Shown: positions 25,796 to 39,586 of the stretch, one piece after another
Numbering within the stretch: the first letter of the stretch is position 1
Layout: every line of letters starts with the position of its first letter
From: Vicugna vicugna
Taxonomy: Eukaryota
Direction of reading: 5' to 3'
Assembly: GCA_013265495.1 (NCBI GenBank)
Contig: MU057887.1
Span: forward strand, 755,985 to 819,984
DNA length: 64,000 nucleotides
Translations under genes and position numbers: made by a program
Notes under the pieces: model-generated
The model's database searches: none
The model's input: only the letters and a program-made list of their open reading frames with translations
Told to the model about the DNA's origin: nothing

Positions 25796-26178
25796 TGTTG
25801 GGGGCTAAATTGTGTCGCCTCCAAATTCATACCTCGAAGCCCTGACCCCTCGTGTACTTCAGAACGTGACTGCATTTGGAGGCACTGCCTTTCAAGAGAC
25901 AATGAAGGCAAAATGAGGCTATATGGGTGGACCCTAGTCTGCTGTGACTGGTGGCCTTGTGAGCGGGGAGGCTGGGATAAAGACAAGCACAGAGGGAGGA
26001 CCCTCGGAAGATAAAGGGAGAAGACGGCCCCCTACAGACCGAGGAGAGAAGCCTCAGAAGAACCAAGCCTGCTGACACCTTGATCTCAGCCTCCCAGCTC
26101 CAAAACAGAGAACAGTTTTTGCTGTTGAAGCCACCCAGTCCGTGCCCCTGTGTCCTAGCGGCCCTCGCAAAGCGATGG
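25796..26178 (+). mobile_element. MLT1B-like solo LTR
   Basis: 'tgttgggggctaaattgtgtcgcctccaaattcata...cctcagaagaaccaagcctgctgacaccttgatctcagcc...aagccacccagt'. Confidence 0.85.
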
Positions 26179-28065
26179 TGCCTTTTACTGTGTAGGGCCG
26201 TGCAGGCCCTGCCCCAGTGCGTCCCAGTGGTTCCCATCTGACCAAAGCAGATGGAAATCTCTGTCCTCAGGGCGTTTACATTCCAGTGAGGCGAGCTTTG
26301 TACTAAATATGTTAAACAGGTCAGATATGTAGCATGACATATCTGAAAAGAAAGGGAAGTTAGCTCTGACTGCTGCTAGCTGGCGGTGTGGGGTTAAGAG
26401 AAAAACCAGGCTGCTTAATTTGAAGACCAGGAAGCTTTTCCAGACTTTTTGGAATGTTTTTGGTTCTTAAACTACTAGCATCAACACTTCTTCTTTGGTT
26501 AGAGGTTATTATTATAATATTATGTTTAAAAAACATAAAATTTTATCTTATGATCTCTTTAGTCAAGGAATTGAAACACTTACGGGTAACCTAAGTCATT
26601 TAATAAGAACATCTTAATGTAAACATCCAGCATATAAAATGTACTAGATTAGAGGTTAAAAAAAATTTTGTTTTAGTAATAATTCAACAAAAACTTATTT
26701 TTCCCACAACCCACACTCCTGGGCTCGAATACTTACTTTAAATGAGAAATCTCCAGCTCTGTTTAAAGTATGATTTGACTTATAAATTGATTTATATACA
26801 ATTCTTAATGCCTCTACTGACTGTGTAAAGTGCAGTATACTTAATGTTACTGCGGGTGCTGGAGGTCAGTAGAGAAATGAAGGTGACACAGTCTTCCCAG
26901 GCCTGGAAACTGAGGCACCCAGTGCAACAGGCTAGATTAGCTGCTAGAGGTGCTGCCTGGCTCGGTTTAACTCTCATTCTGTTCTGTGATTCCTTAGTGT
27001 TTCCATTCAGAACTCATTTGTTAAAATTCCTGCATCCTTCTGTTTGATTTAGAATTCTTCCTTTGGGACATTGTAATTTTTTTGGGAATTATTTTAGTCA
27101 TTAAGAATTTGAACACAAAATGTTTGCTCTAATTTTTTTTGAACAGCAGTAATTTCTTGAGTATTCTCAGTTTGGTAGGGTATAGGATTAGGTTGTATTT
27201 TAAAACTTTACATATTTAAAAGTTTTTTTGTAGCTCCGTTTTGTGACAGAACAGAAGCCTCAGTGCTCCAATTGGGGGATTAAAATACAGACTTCACTCT
27301 CTTGCACGGAAAGGCAGTTATTTTTGAAGTCTGACTGTGGTATGATAATTCTGAAAGAGAGAGTTCAGAGTGTACTATCTTTTGTAATCGCTGAAAAATA
27401 CTGACATGCTGGGTAGCTGGTCACTGACTGAGCTGAAGGGCGGCGGCAGGGAGGAGTAGGTTTTGCTTGTGAAGGTGTCGTCCTGAGGAAGCTGCCCGGA
27501 GGAAGCTCCGTATAAACGCCGACCAAGTGTCAGAGCGGAGCCAGCCCTCCCCGCGCACCCCAACTCTCGCCACCGAGTACCCTTCTCCTGAGGTTACCCC
27601 CTTCTCTCCGGCATCGTCACTTTGCCGTCTTTACTCCAGCATTTTGTCAGCATGTAACCTGCTCTCCTATTTTCCATCTTAAAAATATCTTCCCTGGACT
27701 CCGTGTGCCCCTCAGTCCATTGTCCCTTTTCCCTCTCCTACCTCTGCTGCAAAAGATCGGGTACATCGTGTTTACAGCATATGGTAAAGGATCGTTTCAT
27801 CCTCCTTTCTCGGGATTAGATTTCTCTTCACGGAAGCAAACAGATGATCTCACAAGGAGGGTCGAGGAGCAGAGTTCTGAAGCTTTTTATGAACCCATTT
27901 GTCACTGATGGATAAATCAGTTATTTGGTTGGTGGCTTGGCTGTTCATTGATATGCAGCCAGCCAGAGAGTGTAGCTCTTTATAATCCTGTGTTGTGTTA
28001 GGTATGTTAAGAGTTGTTCACAGTTTAAGTAGTTGCAGTTGTAACTACCTCAATTAGTTAATGTA

Positions 28066-29065
28066 TTTTTTATTGACATGAGGTTTACATAACGTAAAAT
28101 TAACCACTTTCAAGTGAACAACTGAGTAGCATTTAGCGCCTTCACCATACTGTACAGCCACCACTCCCGGAAACATTTTCATCGCCCCAAAAGGAAGCCC
28201 TGCGCCCGTTGGGCAATTGCTTCCCACTTCCCCACTTCCCTGGGCCCCTGGTAGCCCCTGTCCTGCGTCCTGTCGCTTCTGGATTTCTCATAGAAGTGGC
28301 ATCATGGAATTAAGTGACCTTTTTTGTCTAGCTGCTTTCACTTAGCATAATGCATTTCGAGGTTAACCACGTTGTAGCGTGCATCAGTGCTTCATTTCTT
28401 TTTATGACTGAATAATATCTCGTTGCATGCATATAGCACATTTTATTTATTCATTTGTTCGTGATGGGCCTGTGGCTGGTTCCACACCATTTGGCTGTTT
28501 CAGATAGGGCTGCTGTGAATGTGCGTGTACACGTGTGTAGCTGAGCACCTGTTCTCACTTCCTTTGGGTATATACCTAGGCGTGGAATTGCTGTGTCAAT
28601 TTTATATTTAAATTTTTAAGGAACCGCCAGACTTTTCCATAGCAGCTATTTTATACTTTTACCAACAAGGCTGCAGTGCAAGGTTCCGGTTTCTCCACGT
28701 CCTTGCTGACATTTGGTTTCCTGTCTTTGGCTGATAGTCATCCTGGTGGGTGTGAAGCGGTGTCTCATTGTGGTTTTAATTTGCATTTCCCTGCTGACTA
28801 ATGATACTGAACACTTTCCCATGTTCTTTCTGGTTATTTGTAAATCTTCTTTGGGGAAATGTCTGTTCAGGTCCTTCCTTTGCCCAGTTTTTAATTGGGC
28901 TGTTAAATTTTGTTGTCAGGTTGCAAGAGTTACTTACATATTGTGGATACGAGGAATTTTGTTGAATCTACGGGTCCATTTGGGGAGAACTGCCGTCTCC
29001 GTTACGTTGAGCCCTCTGGTCCATGAATAAGGAACATCTCTCCATTTATTTAGGTCTTTTAAAAT
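28066..29065 (-). mobile_element. L1MB-like 3' end, antisense
   Basis: 'ttttttattgacatgaggtttacataacgtaaaattaacc...tttgggtatatacctagg..tggaattgct...tctcattgtggttttaatttgcatttcc'. Confidence 0.88.
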
Positions 29066-31496
29066 TTTTCGGTTCTATCCGTTTCGAGTAGATGACCCGT
29101 GTTTATTGACAGACTTGGAAGGATCTTGGTGGGCAAGAAGGACAATGGAAGTTAAGTGAAGTTTCTCACTCTCTTCTTGAAAAAGGCCTAGTGATATTAC
29201 TGAATTTGGAATTTGACAATGAAACTTTGATTTAACAATGAAACTTGAACAAATTTTATTGTATGTCAGTTCAGACCTAACCTAATGCAAATCTTTCACA
29301 GAGTGTTCTAGCTCCTGACACGGTGCCTGTGCTGTCTTTTGACTGTTTCTCTGTGAGAACCATGTTCTTCGTAGGTTTTTAGCAGGCTCTCTGTGCCAAT
29401 TTTTTGCTACCGCTCTTGAGGTAAAAACTATAATTACGTTGTCAAAATAATATTTAGAGTATTATTTTCAGAGAATAATTGCAGTGGTGTGACGAATATA
29501 TTATGCTCATCAACTTTTGTGTAAACACAAGCATGAGTTATTTTAATTGAGTTATTGGTGTTGTCTTTGGCCTTTGTTCTTTTCTAATCTGTAAAAATGC
29601 TGCTGGGATCTCTGAGGGGCTTGGTAACATTTGCACTGTTTACATAAAGATCAGTTGATAAGCTGTTTGGTAAAAGTAAACTGTCATTTGTCCTTGTCTG
29701 GAGTTTTCTTTTCTTATTTCTAGGACGTCTTTAAACCTTTTCTTTCCCAGAATTGTGTTCTGATTCAGAGGGCTAATTTTTAGTTGCCTGATGAATTGTT
29801 GGGTCAGTTGGCTTTCAGACCAGCTCATGTTATTGGCTTCTTTTGTGTGTTAAATTTTACAAGGATTTGAGTGTTAGTATTGTAAAATATTCAGTAGAAA
29901 TATAAACGTCTTGTGTAAACTGTACTTAAGATTAAAAATGAAGGTATTATGTTTTATTATGAACACTTTCTATAATTGTTGCAGAGTAATTTTTAAAAGC
30001 TCACAAAAGTGGCAAGAACAATAATCACTGTGTATGCAGGCTACGTGGGTGAACGCTTGCCTGTTTCTTCAGTCATTCTTCAGTATTTCTGAGTATGGGT
30101 CTGGGTGTGTACTTGCAATGTTGTGTCTTGCTTCTTTATTCTAGATTACAATGTTAACTTAATATGGTGTTGAGGTTCTTGGTTCAGCATTTTCTTTGCA
30201 TACTTTTTTTCTCTCGGTGTTTTGCTTTTTGGCCAGTTTCACAGCTCCTCTCTGAGCGGCTGGTTGTTGAGTTACTGTGAGTAAGTGACCGGCACGGGCA
30301 CATTACACACCTTGTCCTCTTAAACCCTTACGGCTGCTCTGCCTTGGAAGTGTTGCAGCCACAGCGACAGGCTTCGAAGGGAAGGCCTGGATTCCGGGAA
30401 AGGCTGAGGACAGAGGACCTGAGCTCTGTCCTCTCTCCTAGCAAAGCTGGGATCTAGGAGGTTGAAGGACTTTGAAAGTCCTCTTGCCCTTAAAAATGTC
30501 TCCTGGGCGCGGCCTGGTGGGGCTTCCGTTAATGGAGCAGCAGCTTTCATTTCGTCTCCGAGTCTCCTGTGCGCCTTCCGTGATGAGCCCCGAGATGAGC
30601 CCCGATCGCTGTTCCCGGGGAAGGGCCCCCACTTGTTCTGCCAGTCCTGCTCCTGCCGCCGGCAGGCTTCGTGCCCCGGCCGAGCTACCTGACCTTCCGA
30701 GCTGTGATGCGCTCTGTGCAAGGGCGGATGTATTAACACCTGCCTCACGAGGTTGTCGTGGGGACTAGATGAGATGATACAGTTAGGACATGGTGTCTCG
30801 CGCCTGGTAAGCACTCAGCACGTAGTTTATCACCATGTTACTGTTACCTCTCTGCCTGGTGACTTGATCTTGATGCTTCACTCATGCTGGTGTGTAGTTG
30901 CTCAGAAGTGTCCTCCTCTCTCTGCACTCAGCATCTCATCACAGGCCACCTTGTCTGTTTGGACCGCCGTGGCCCCGATGGGGACCACTTTGGAAACAGC
31001 AGACAGTAGAGTGTGGGCACCGACCCCTCTGCATGGATGCCAGGCAGAGCTGGGCGTGGCCACGGTGGGTAGAGGCTTGGTACCCGCCTTCAGTTACAGG
31101 GTGTAACCTGAGGAGGGGCTGGGGCATTCGGGGCAGTGTCTGCACCACTAAGTACAGAAGTGTTTCAGGTACTTGACTTCCCAGCTCTGCAGAAGTCCCC
31201 TGGCTGCCGGGTTCTCGGAACCTCACTGTCCTCCCTGCGCGCCTCCAGTCCTGAGGGCAGTGGGGGTGTGTGTCCTGGGGCCGTTCTCTCTCTATCACCT
31301 CAGTGTTGTCTCTGGTTTAACTAATTCTATGTATTACATTTTCTTTGTTAGGAAAACAGTTTAGTTTCTGTGCGTCCGACCTGGGCCTGACTGACTGAGC
31401 TGTTACCCTTTTCTCAGGCTTGTGCTCGGTGCATCTTCTCCCGCTGCCCCTGGGGCCCTCCCTCCGCCTTCATTCTCTTCATCTGCTGTGCCCACC

Positions 31497-32100
31497 AGGG
31501 TGCAACCAGGAGGCGGAAACCACACTAATTTGAATAGAGAAAATTTAAAATAAAGAATTACTAACTATAACAGAGGCTTGAAATAACAGGAGATTGACTA
31601 CTAAGAAGCAAGGAGATGCCAAAGAACACAGGGATTGCAGACACAAGGGGCAGCCAGGTCCCCAGGGCTCAGACGAGTGTGCGGGGCATCGGCCCAAGGT
31701 CCAGGCCTGCTTGCAGAGTGCAGTGAAGACGCTGAGGGGTGGTGCTGGAGGAACTTGCTGGAACTCCGCCCTCAGGGGGAGGTTGTCCAGGGAGGCTCCA
31801 TGACCGGGAACTTGCTTCGAAATGTCCTGAGGAAGCTCCTGGCTGCTGAACACGGCCGGTTGGTCCTGCTGTGCAGGAGCCCCTCCCTGGAGAAGCCACC
31901 CACTGCAGGAGACCAGTGCTGGGGGGACAGCACGCTGCAGGTGGTGGGAGGCCGGAGGGGCACCCGGAGCCAGGCAGAGAGGGCCCTCTTCCTCCAGCGC
32001 CCCCACCGCCGAGGCTGCACCTGCCAGCCCACAGAGCAGACGTCTGAAGGGCCCACCTTTCTGTCTGCAGGGCAGGCAGGGAAGCTGAGAGGTGGTCTGT
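31497..32100 (-). mobile_element. Probable ancient LTR fragment
   Basis: Begins 'cagggtgcaaccaggaggcggaaaccacac...aatttaaaataaagaattactaact', resembling the antisense end of old ERVL-type LTRs; family not certain. Confidence 0.4.
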
Positions 32101-32239
32101 GTAGCGAATTCGTGAATATAAAGAGCTTTAGAGAACCTTAAGTTCCTAACGCATTGCATTCTCATAAACACTTTATTTTCTGAGTGTAACTTTTGCCAGT
32201 CTGGCGAGTGTGGTTTTTCTCATGGGGCTGCATGCTCTT

Positions 32240-33520
32240 TCTTATATATATGTGTGTATAGACATGTATATTCTGTAGATTTGGACAAATGTATAATGAC
32301 ATGTATCCATCATTATGGGATCACACAGAGTAGTTTGACTGCCCTAAAAACTCTCTGCCCCACCTCGTCACCCCGCCTTCCCCCAGCCCCTGGCCACCAG
32401 TGACCTTTTGACTGACTCCATAGTTTTGTCATAGGGTTGCAACTGTACGGTATATGACCTTTTCAGGTTGGCTTTTCATTTAGTAATATCTTGGCAGCTC
32501 ATTTCTTTTTAGTGCTGAGTAATATTCCGTCATCTGGATGGCCCACAGTTTATTTATCTGTCCGTCTACTGAAGGACATCCTGGTTGCCTCTGAGTTTTG
32601 GCAATTATGAATAAGGCTGCTATAAATATTCGTGTGCTGGGCTTTGTGTGGACGTAAGTCCTAGTTACTTTGGGTAAAATACCAAGGAGCGCCATTGTTG
32701 GGTTGTATCCTAAGTGTATGTTTAGTTTTGTAAGAAACAGCCGGGCTGTCTTCAGAGTGTCTGCGCTGTTCTGCATTCCCACCAGCACTAAGTGAGCATT
32801 CCTGTTGCTCCATGTCCTCGCCTTGTCCGGCATTTGTTGTCAGTGTTCTGGATCTTGTTCAATATTCTGCAGTTTTATTTGGTGAAATATTCTAAATATG
32901 GGGGTGGGTGGGAATTAGGTTTATTTATTTATTTATTTTCAGAGGAGGTGCTGGGGATTGAACCCAGGACCTTATGTATGCTAAGCTTGCGCTCTTCCAC
33001 TTGAGCTAAATCCTCCCGTCACTTATTCAAATCTTTTCAGTATGTCAGTAGTTTTGTCTGCTTGTTCTGTAATTTGCTGAAAAAGGTATATTATTATCGC
33101 CAAATTTGATTGTGGATTTTTCTCTTTCCCCAATACTTTTGTCAGTTTTTCTTTATATATTTTGAAGTCATATTATTAAGTGATTCCAATTTAAGATTGT
33201 ATCTTTCTGGTGAATTAAGGCATTCTGAAGTGACATTTAAACAAATTTCCAGTAATGCTTTTTGCCTTAAAGTTTATTATATCTTATTTTAAGTGGAGTA
33301 TGACCACCCTTTTAGGCTGGCATTTCCCTCCTTTATCTTTTTTACCTTTCTTTAACTTTCAGTACTTCTGTAGCCTTACATTTAACATGTTTTGTTTGGG
33401 AAGAGCAGATTGTTAGGTTTTAAAATATCCAGTCTTAGGGTAACTGTCTTTCAGTTGGAGCACATGTTCCAATGATATTTAATGTGATTACAGGTATATT
33501 TGTGTCTACTTTTACAGTCT
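32240..33520 (-). mobile_element. Old L1M fragments, antisense (interrupted by a SINE)
   Basis: Minus ORF 32480-32833 resembles the ORF2 C-terminus (RIFIAALFIIAK...EYYSALKRNEL). Confidence 0.8.
32901..33017 (-). mobile_element. Vic-1-like SINE
   Basis: 'gaattaggtttatttatttattt...ggaggtgctggggattgaacccaggacctt..tatgctaagc...ccacttgagcta'. Confidence 0.85.
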
Positions 33521-33746
33521 TTTAAAGAAGTTAATTAATTTTGTATAGAGTACATTGTTTTGTAAGGCATTTTAATGTTAACATCACGCCCAAAATTTAA
33601 TTGTGGTGAGAGACTTTTTATGGTTAAAAGAAGCTAACAGAAACTTCCTGTTTAATAACATGGGACATTTCTTATTAAGATGTACTCATTTAGTGTGTTA
33701 AAAAGTTCTTTTAATCATACGTCTGTTTTGTTTTGTAAACCCTCAG

Positions 33747-33843
33747 CCTTTCGCTGCGGCCTGCAGTTTCTAGGCAACGTTGCCTCGCGGAACGAGGATT
33801 CCCAGTCCATTGTTTGGATGCACGCTTTCCCAGAGCTCTTTTT
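33747..33843 (+). CDS. ATXN10: Ataxin-10 exon 4 (97 nt)
   Basis: CTCAG acceptor; AFRCGLQFLGNVASRNEDSQSIVWMHAFPELF; donor TT|GTGAGT at 33844. Absent from the ORF track; found by manual translation. Confidence 0.97.
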
Positions 33844-33934
33844 GTGAGTATATTGATGAGAGCTTTTCTAACTTCTGAAAAGACTGTGGTCCTACCATTC
33901 CACTCTCATGAAGTTCCAAAACAGGAAGACTAAC

Positions 33935-34155
33935 CTCTGGTAGTGGAATTCAGGACAAGGGTTGCTCTTGGCCGGTGGTGGCGGGCTCTGTACTGGCTGG
34001 GAGAGGGCACGAGGGCGCGTCCTGGGCTTCTGGGAACGTTCTCTGTCTTGATCTGGGTGGTGGGTACATAGGTAAATACAGATCTAATAATTTGGGGGGG
34101 TGTACATTCAAGATTTCCTTCATTGTATGCCAATTTTACTTTAAGTAAATAAAAA
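33935..34155 (+). mobile_element. L1ME-like 3' end
   Basis: 'ttctgggaacgttctctgtcttgatctgggtggtgggtacataggt'. Confidence 0.65.
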
Positions 34156-36018
34156 TTTTGGTTTAAGTAAGAAATACTGTTAAGGATACTTTTTTATAAG
34201 AAAAAAATGTATAAGAAAAAAGCCATAAAGCATTGAAGTATGGGCAGTGAATTACTTGTTAGCGGAGCGTGTCTTCTAAGCTCAGCGTGAGGCTGTCCAT
34301 CTGGTGGGCGTGGAGGGGTGAGGGCTGTGGCAGCCAGTCTGTCTGTCTAGCTGGGTTCGTGGTGCCCTTCCGGGCGGTTTGCTACTTTGTGTTGACTGGC
34401 TGTGCTGGTGGAGCACTGAGATGACGGGGGAGCGGGTGACGGGGACGGGCGGGTGAGAGGAGAGGCTCCTCCGGGAGCACAAGGCCCGGCCTCTGATCCA
34501 GGTTCTGCTGCCAACGAACGGGGGTGGTGGTGACAGTACAGGCAGCTGTTGTTTGAATGCTCTGGGCTGGGTGTTGTCTGCGTATTTCCCTGTCCTGTCC
34601 AACCTCTCTGCTGGCCGAGCGGTACTGTCCCCATTTGGACAGATGAGGGGACTGACGCTTATTGCTGGTAAATGGCGTGGCTGGCACGTAAACCCAGTGC
34701 TGCCCTCTGGATCCAAAGCCTACACCCTTTTAAACACCAGCTGCCTGACTTCTGTGCTGCCCTCCCTGGTTGGAGGGGTTTTCTGGGCTCATCTGTGTGG
34801 TGTTAGGATCACACAAAGTCTAATGTTGTCTCTAGCTCACCGAGTCTGTAACTGGTCCTCAAACTCCTGCAATAATTAGAGCTGAAGGCATGACGTCTTT
34901 ATGATTAATAATAATGGAACTTAGGTTGGAACGAAGGAATTGTGGAATTTAAGCTACAGAAATAGAAATTACTCATTTCTGAGAATTCATTCCTTTAAAA
35001 CATTTTGAACACCTGATAGCTGCCAGGTTCTGAGCTGGACGAGCAGAATAAAGGTAACGTAGATGTAGTCCTTACTCCCCAGGTGCCCATGCTTTGGTTG
35101 GGGAAATAAAGGAATGGGCAGGCATGCTGTAGTGAAAGAGCCGATGTAACACCGGTAACTCCAGGTGCCCCGGGGACGCAGAGGAGAGGCCCTTGAACCG
35201 GGCAGTTGGAGAAGTTCACGTGGTGGCTTTAGATACATTATCAAACCTGGTCCTCACAAAAGCCCTCTGAGATAGTCCATTTTTATGTCAGAAAACACTC
35301 TGAAAGAGGCTGTGTGACCTCACCCTGTGTGTTTGTAAGACAGATACAACCAAATCTGAATTCAGCTTTGGCAGGTACCGGCTTTGCGCCCTGGGGCACG
35401 TCAGGTCAACTCATTCTGAATCTACACAATAAAGAAAATAGCTCCTCCAGAAGAGTATTACAAAGTTTAAATGAAAATAAAATCCTGCCATGGTGCCTGA
35501 CTCGTAACTGACAGCCGGTACATCAGTGGCCTTTCTGTGATCACACAGCTGATGGGTGGATGAGCCGGGAGTCACACTGAAGCTTTCGACTCCTAATTGT
35601 GTTTCTTGCCAATATATCAACTTTCCCTTAAATATTTCTGTCCCTCAAACTGGTAAAGGACCATCTGTAGTCTTTGAGGTATTATTTTTTGCCTTTTTAT
35701 TTTTCTAACAAGAATGAATATTTTATTGTTTTATAGATGTAATCATTTAATATGTTTTTTTAATCAGATGTTATTTCCTGTTGCTTGAGTCGTCAGTCAG
35801 CCGCAGCTTTAGTATTGGATACTTTGTGTTGCGGCTAATTTTATATTTGCCAATTTTGCAGTAAACAATGTACTTGTTTCAGAGTGTTGTAATTCTTCAT
35901 TAAATACTTAGAAATATCAGCTTGTACTCAATTTGTTAATGGGATTATTGTTACATGTTACATCATGTTTTGTCATGTTGCTGCATTGGGCTAACCCCCT
36001 GATTTCTTTCTTTGGAAG

Positions 36019-36177
36019 GTCTTGCTTAAACCATCCAGACAAAAAGATCGTTGCCTACTCATCAATGATTTTGTTCACATCCCTTAATTCTGAAAGAATG
36101 AAGGAGCTGGAAGAAAACCTCAATATTGCGATCGATGTCATAGAAGCGCACCAGAAGCAGCCGGAGTCGGAGTGGCC
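36019..36177 (+). CDS. ATXN10: Ataxin-10 exon 5 (159 nt)
   Basis: AAG acceptor; SCLNHPDKKIVAYSSMILFTSLNSERMKELEENLNIAIDVIEAHQKQPESEW; donor CC|GTATGT at 36178. Confidence 0.97.
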
Positions 36178-36669
36178 GTATGTATCTTGTGGGAAATGTG
36201 GTCGCTTAAGAACATCCCAGCAGATCATTTTCCTGGTAGAGGTTTTAGGCACAAGTTTGAATTATCATAATTGAACGGTAAGTTAAAACTTAACATAGGT
36301 GGAACAAATGAGAGAAGCGTCCCAGCAGGACCTGGAGGCCTGTGAAAGAGGGGACGTACGGTTGGAATAGGGTCCTGGAGGGTGGGCTCTTCAAGGCGGT
36401 GAGGCGGGGAGGGCGTTCCTAGTGCAGGAGCCAGCCCAGCCTGCAGACGCGGCGGCGCTTGCGGGCTCCGCAGATCAGACCGCTGTGCTTGCGGTGGACG
36501 GTTCCTTAAGATCAGGGGTGACCAGTGTCTTGTGGTGCCTGTTCAGGGAGAAATTCAGTGTCATTCAAATTGTTGCCCTCTGTACATCATGCAGCATTTC
36601 CCTTTGATTGCTTGTCTTTAGTTACGTTTATTAGAACAAGTGTAATAATAAATTAGTAAGTAGATAAAT

Positions 36670-38790
36670 TAGTACCTGTTTTATCCTTTTAGATGCTATT
36701 ATGAATGGAATTGTTTTCTTAAACGTTCATGGGTTGTTAATTGCTGGTATATAGAAGTGCAGTTGGTTTCTGTGTTCTTATTTTACACCCTGCAACCTTG
36801 CTGAGGCTCATTTATTGTTCTAGTAGGTTTTCTGTGTGTGTCGTTTTTAGAGGATTTCTATATACAGGGTCATCCATCTGCAAATAGATAGTTGTCTTTT
36901 TTTCTTTCCAATCAAGTTACCCTTGTTTCTTTCTTTCTCTTTTTAACCTAATTACTCCGACTACAAGTTCTAGTACAGTGCTGAGTAGCAGTGTTGAGAG
37001 CAGGTACCTGTGTCTTGTCCTTGATCTTAGGGGGAGCTTTCCGTCTTCACCGCCGAGTGTGGGGATAGCTCTTGTGGGTTTTCACAGACGCCCACTGTCA
37101 GAATGAGGAACCTTCCTCCTGCTTGCTCCCGGTTTGTTGAATGTGTTCTATCAGGAAAGGGTACTGGAGTTTATCAAATTCTTTTTCTGCATCTATTGAA
37201 GTTTTTATCCTTTATTTTATTACTGTAGTATATTACAATGATTACTTTTTAAAACTTTTTTGAAGTTTAATTTATTTAGTTAGAAAAATTTTTTTTAACT
37301 GGAGGGACTGGGGATTGAACCTAGGACCTCGTGCGTGTTAAGCACGCGCTTTACTACTGAGCTGTAAACCCCTCCTGCCCTGAGTTTTTAAGAGTTTAAA
37401 CCAGCTTTTCCGTCCTGGGGTAAATCTCACTTAACGATACACAGTCGTTTTATATGTTTCTGGGCTTGGTTTGCTCATGGTTTGTTGGGGACTTTTGTGT
37501 CTATGCTGATAAGCATGTTGGTCCGTAGGTTTCTTTTTTCGTGTTGTCTTTGTGTGATTTTGTTATCGGGGTAACACTGGACTCACAGAATGAGTTGAGA
37601 AGAGTTCCCTTTCCTTCTGTTTCTGCTTTTGTTATTTTGGGGAAGAGTGTGTGGAGGATTAGTATTAATTCTTCTTTAAATATTTGGTGGAATTTGCTGG
37701 TGAAACCAGCGAGTCTCGGGCTTTTCATTATGGGAAGTATTTTGATTGCTCGTTCAGTCTCTATTTGTTATGGGTCTATTCAGACCTGTAACTCTGACTT
37801 CTTTCTCAGACCTGTTACTTCCTTTTAGGTCAGATTTGGTAGTTTGTGTCTTTCTAGGCACGTGTCCATTTGGCCCAGGCAGTCTAATGGCACAGAGCCC
37901 TTCATCGTGTTACCTTTTTATTTACGTAAGGTTGTTCGTCGTGTTCCCTCTTTATTCCTGGCTTTTGTCGTTTTAGTCTTGTCTCTTTCTGGTTGCTATA
38001 CCTTAAGATTTGTCCGGCTTTTTGCTCTTTTCAGAGAATCAACTTCTGGTTCTATTGATTTTTCTCTGTCGGTTTTCTGTTCTCTCATTGATTTCTGCTG
38101 TAACCCTTATTGTAGCCTCCCTTCTGCTTGCTTTGGGTTGAGTTTTCTCTTTTCCTAGCTTCTTAAGATGCAAGTTTAGGGTATTGTTACCAGGTCTTCC
38201 TTCTTTTTTATACAGGCACTGACAGTTACACATTTCTTTGTGAGAACTGCTCTCGCTGAATCTCGTAAATTTTGGTGTGTTGCGTTTTCACTTTTCACTC
38301 ATCTACAGTTATATTTTAGTTTCCCTTATGATTTTTCTTTGACTCATGGGTTACTAAGGAATTTGTTGTTTAATTTCCATATATTTGTGTATTTCCTAAA
38401 TTTCATTTTGTTACTGATTTCTGATTTCATTCTGTTGTGATTGGAGAATACACTATATAATTTCATTCTTTTTAAATACACTGAGGCTTGTTGTATGGCC
38501 TGATACCTGGTCTGACGTGGAGGATGTTCCATGTGCACTTGAGAATATTCTGTTTCTGGTGGGGAGTTCTGTGGGTGCCTGTTAGGTCGCGCTGGTTTAC
38601 AGTGGTGTTCAGGCTTCTGTTTCCTGGATGGTCTTCTGTTGAGTTGTTCTGTTCATTATTGAAAGCGGGTTATTTTCTCTTTCTTCCTTCAGTTCTGTCG
38701 GCTCTTGCTTCACCTGTTTTAAGGCTCTGTTGTTGGGTACGTATATATGTTTGTAACTGTTAGGTCTTGAGGAATTGACCCTCTCATCAT
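36670..38790 (-). mobile_element. L1M ORF2 fragment, antisense (interrupted by a SINE)
   Basis: Minus-strand translations KSPRLAGFTSKFHQIFKEELILILHTLF and FSNHNRMKSEISNK...IWKLNNKFLSNP are degenerate L1 ORF2. Confidence 0.88.
37290..37380 (-). mobile_element. Vic-1-like SINE
   Basis: 'ggagggactggggattgaacctaggacctcgtgcgtgttaagcacgcgctttactactgagct'. Confidence 0.85.
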
Positions 38791-39477
38791 GACAGAATTC
38801 ATCAGTGACATGGTCACCTTTTGTCTTTTGTGTCTTTTTATGTGTGCTCCTTGATGCTTACATGGCTTTTATCGCCTTCTATTTGGGACATAAACACTGT
38901 AATGCAGATAATGATTGATCTAGCTGTAACTGTTCACACTTTAAAATCAGTGATCAGTGAGAAAGATTGAGAGGAAGAAGGAGATGGGGGTGGAGACCTT
39001 CATGCATTTTGTCTTTTAGCCAGCACAGAAAGTGATGCAGAAATGTGGTTGGTGCTTCAACATGAACAGCCTGATTTGTGAACCTTAGCTTTTCTGTGAT
39101 GACATTTAGATGATGAATTTCAAGACTAAACTGAAGAGTTCTGCCTCAGACTGCCTGGGACAGAAAGTGGCAGGTGACAGACCAGGCCTCCTGTGTCTGT
39201 GTCTCGCCTGCTACACGAGGGAGATTTCGGCCTGTGGGCATGTGACATGCAGGCCTGAGGAATGCATCCTATTTCTAGCCTTTTCTGTTGATAAAGTAAA
39301 TATGTGTTCTCTGATGCCCTTTCTGCTCTGACTTCTGCCTTGAATAGAATATAGTTTTGATCGTCTCTCAAGACAATTTGTTCTATTTTCTATAAAGTTG
39401 AGGTTTTAGTTACAGTCCCCAAATGTCCTTGTAGCATTTTAAGTTTCCTATTAGTGGGACCTCACCTCCCTCATAGC

Positions 39478-39586
39478 ATATTACTGTGGAATTTCTGAAT
39501 TTACAGAAATAGTGATTCTGCAAACATTTAATATTACCACAGAATTTCTGAATTTACAGAAATCGTGATTCTGCAAAAGAATTTAA
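39478..39586. repeat. 53-bp tandem duplication
   Basis: gaatttctgaatttacagaaat(a/c)gtgattctgcaaa at 39489-39524 and 39542-39577. Confidence 0.9.

Noticed and set aside
31545..32171. 208-aa and overlapping ORFs
   Set aside because: GC-rich, probably LTR-derived; no recognisable domain or splice structure.
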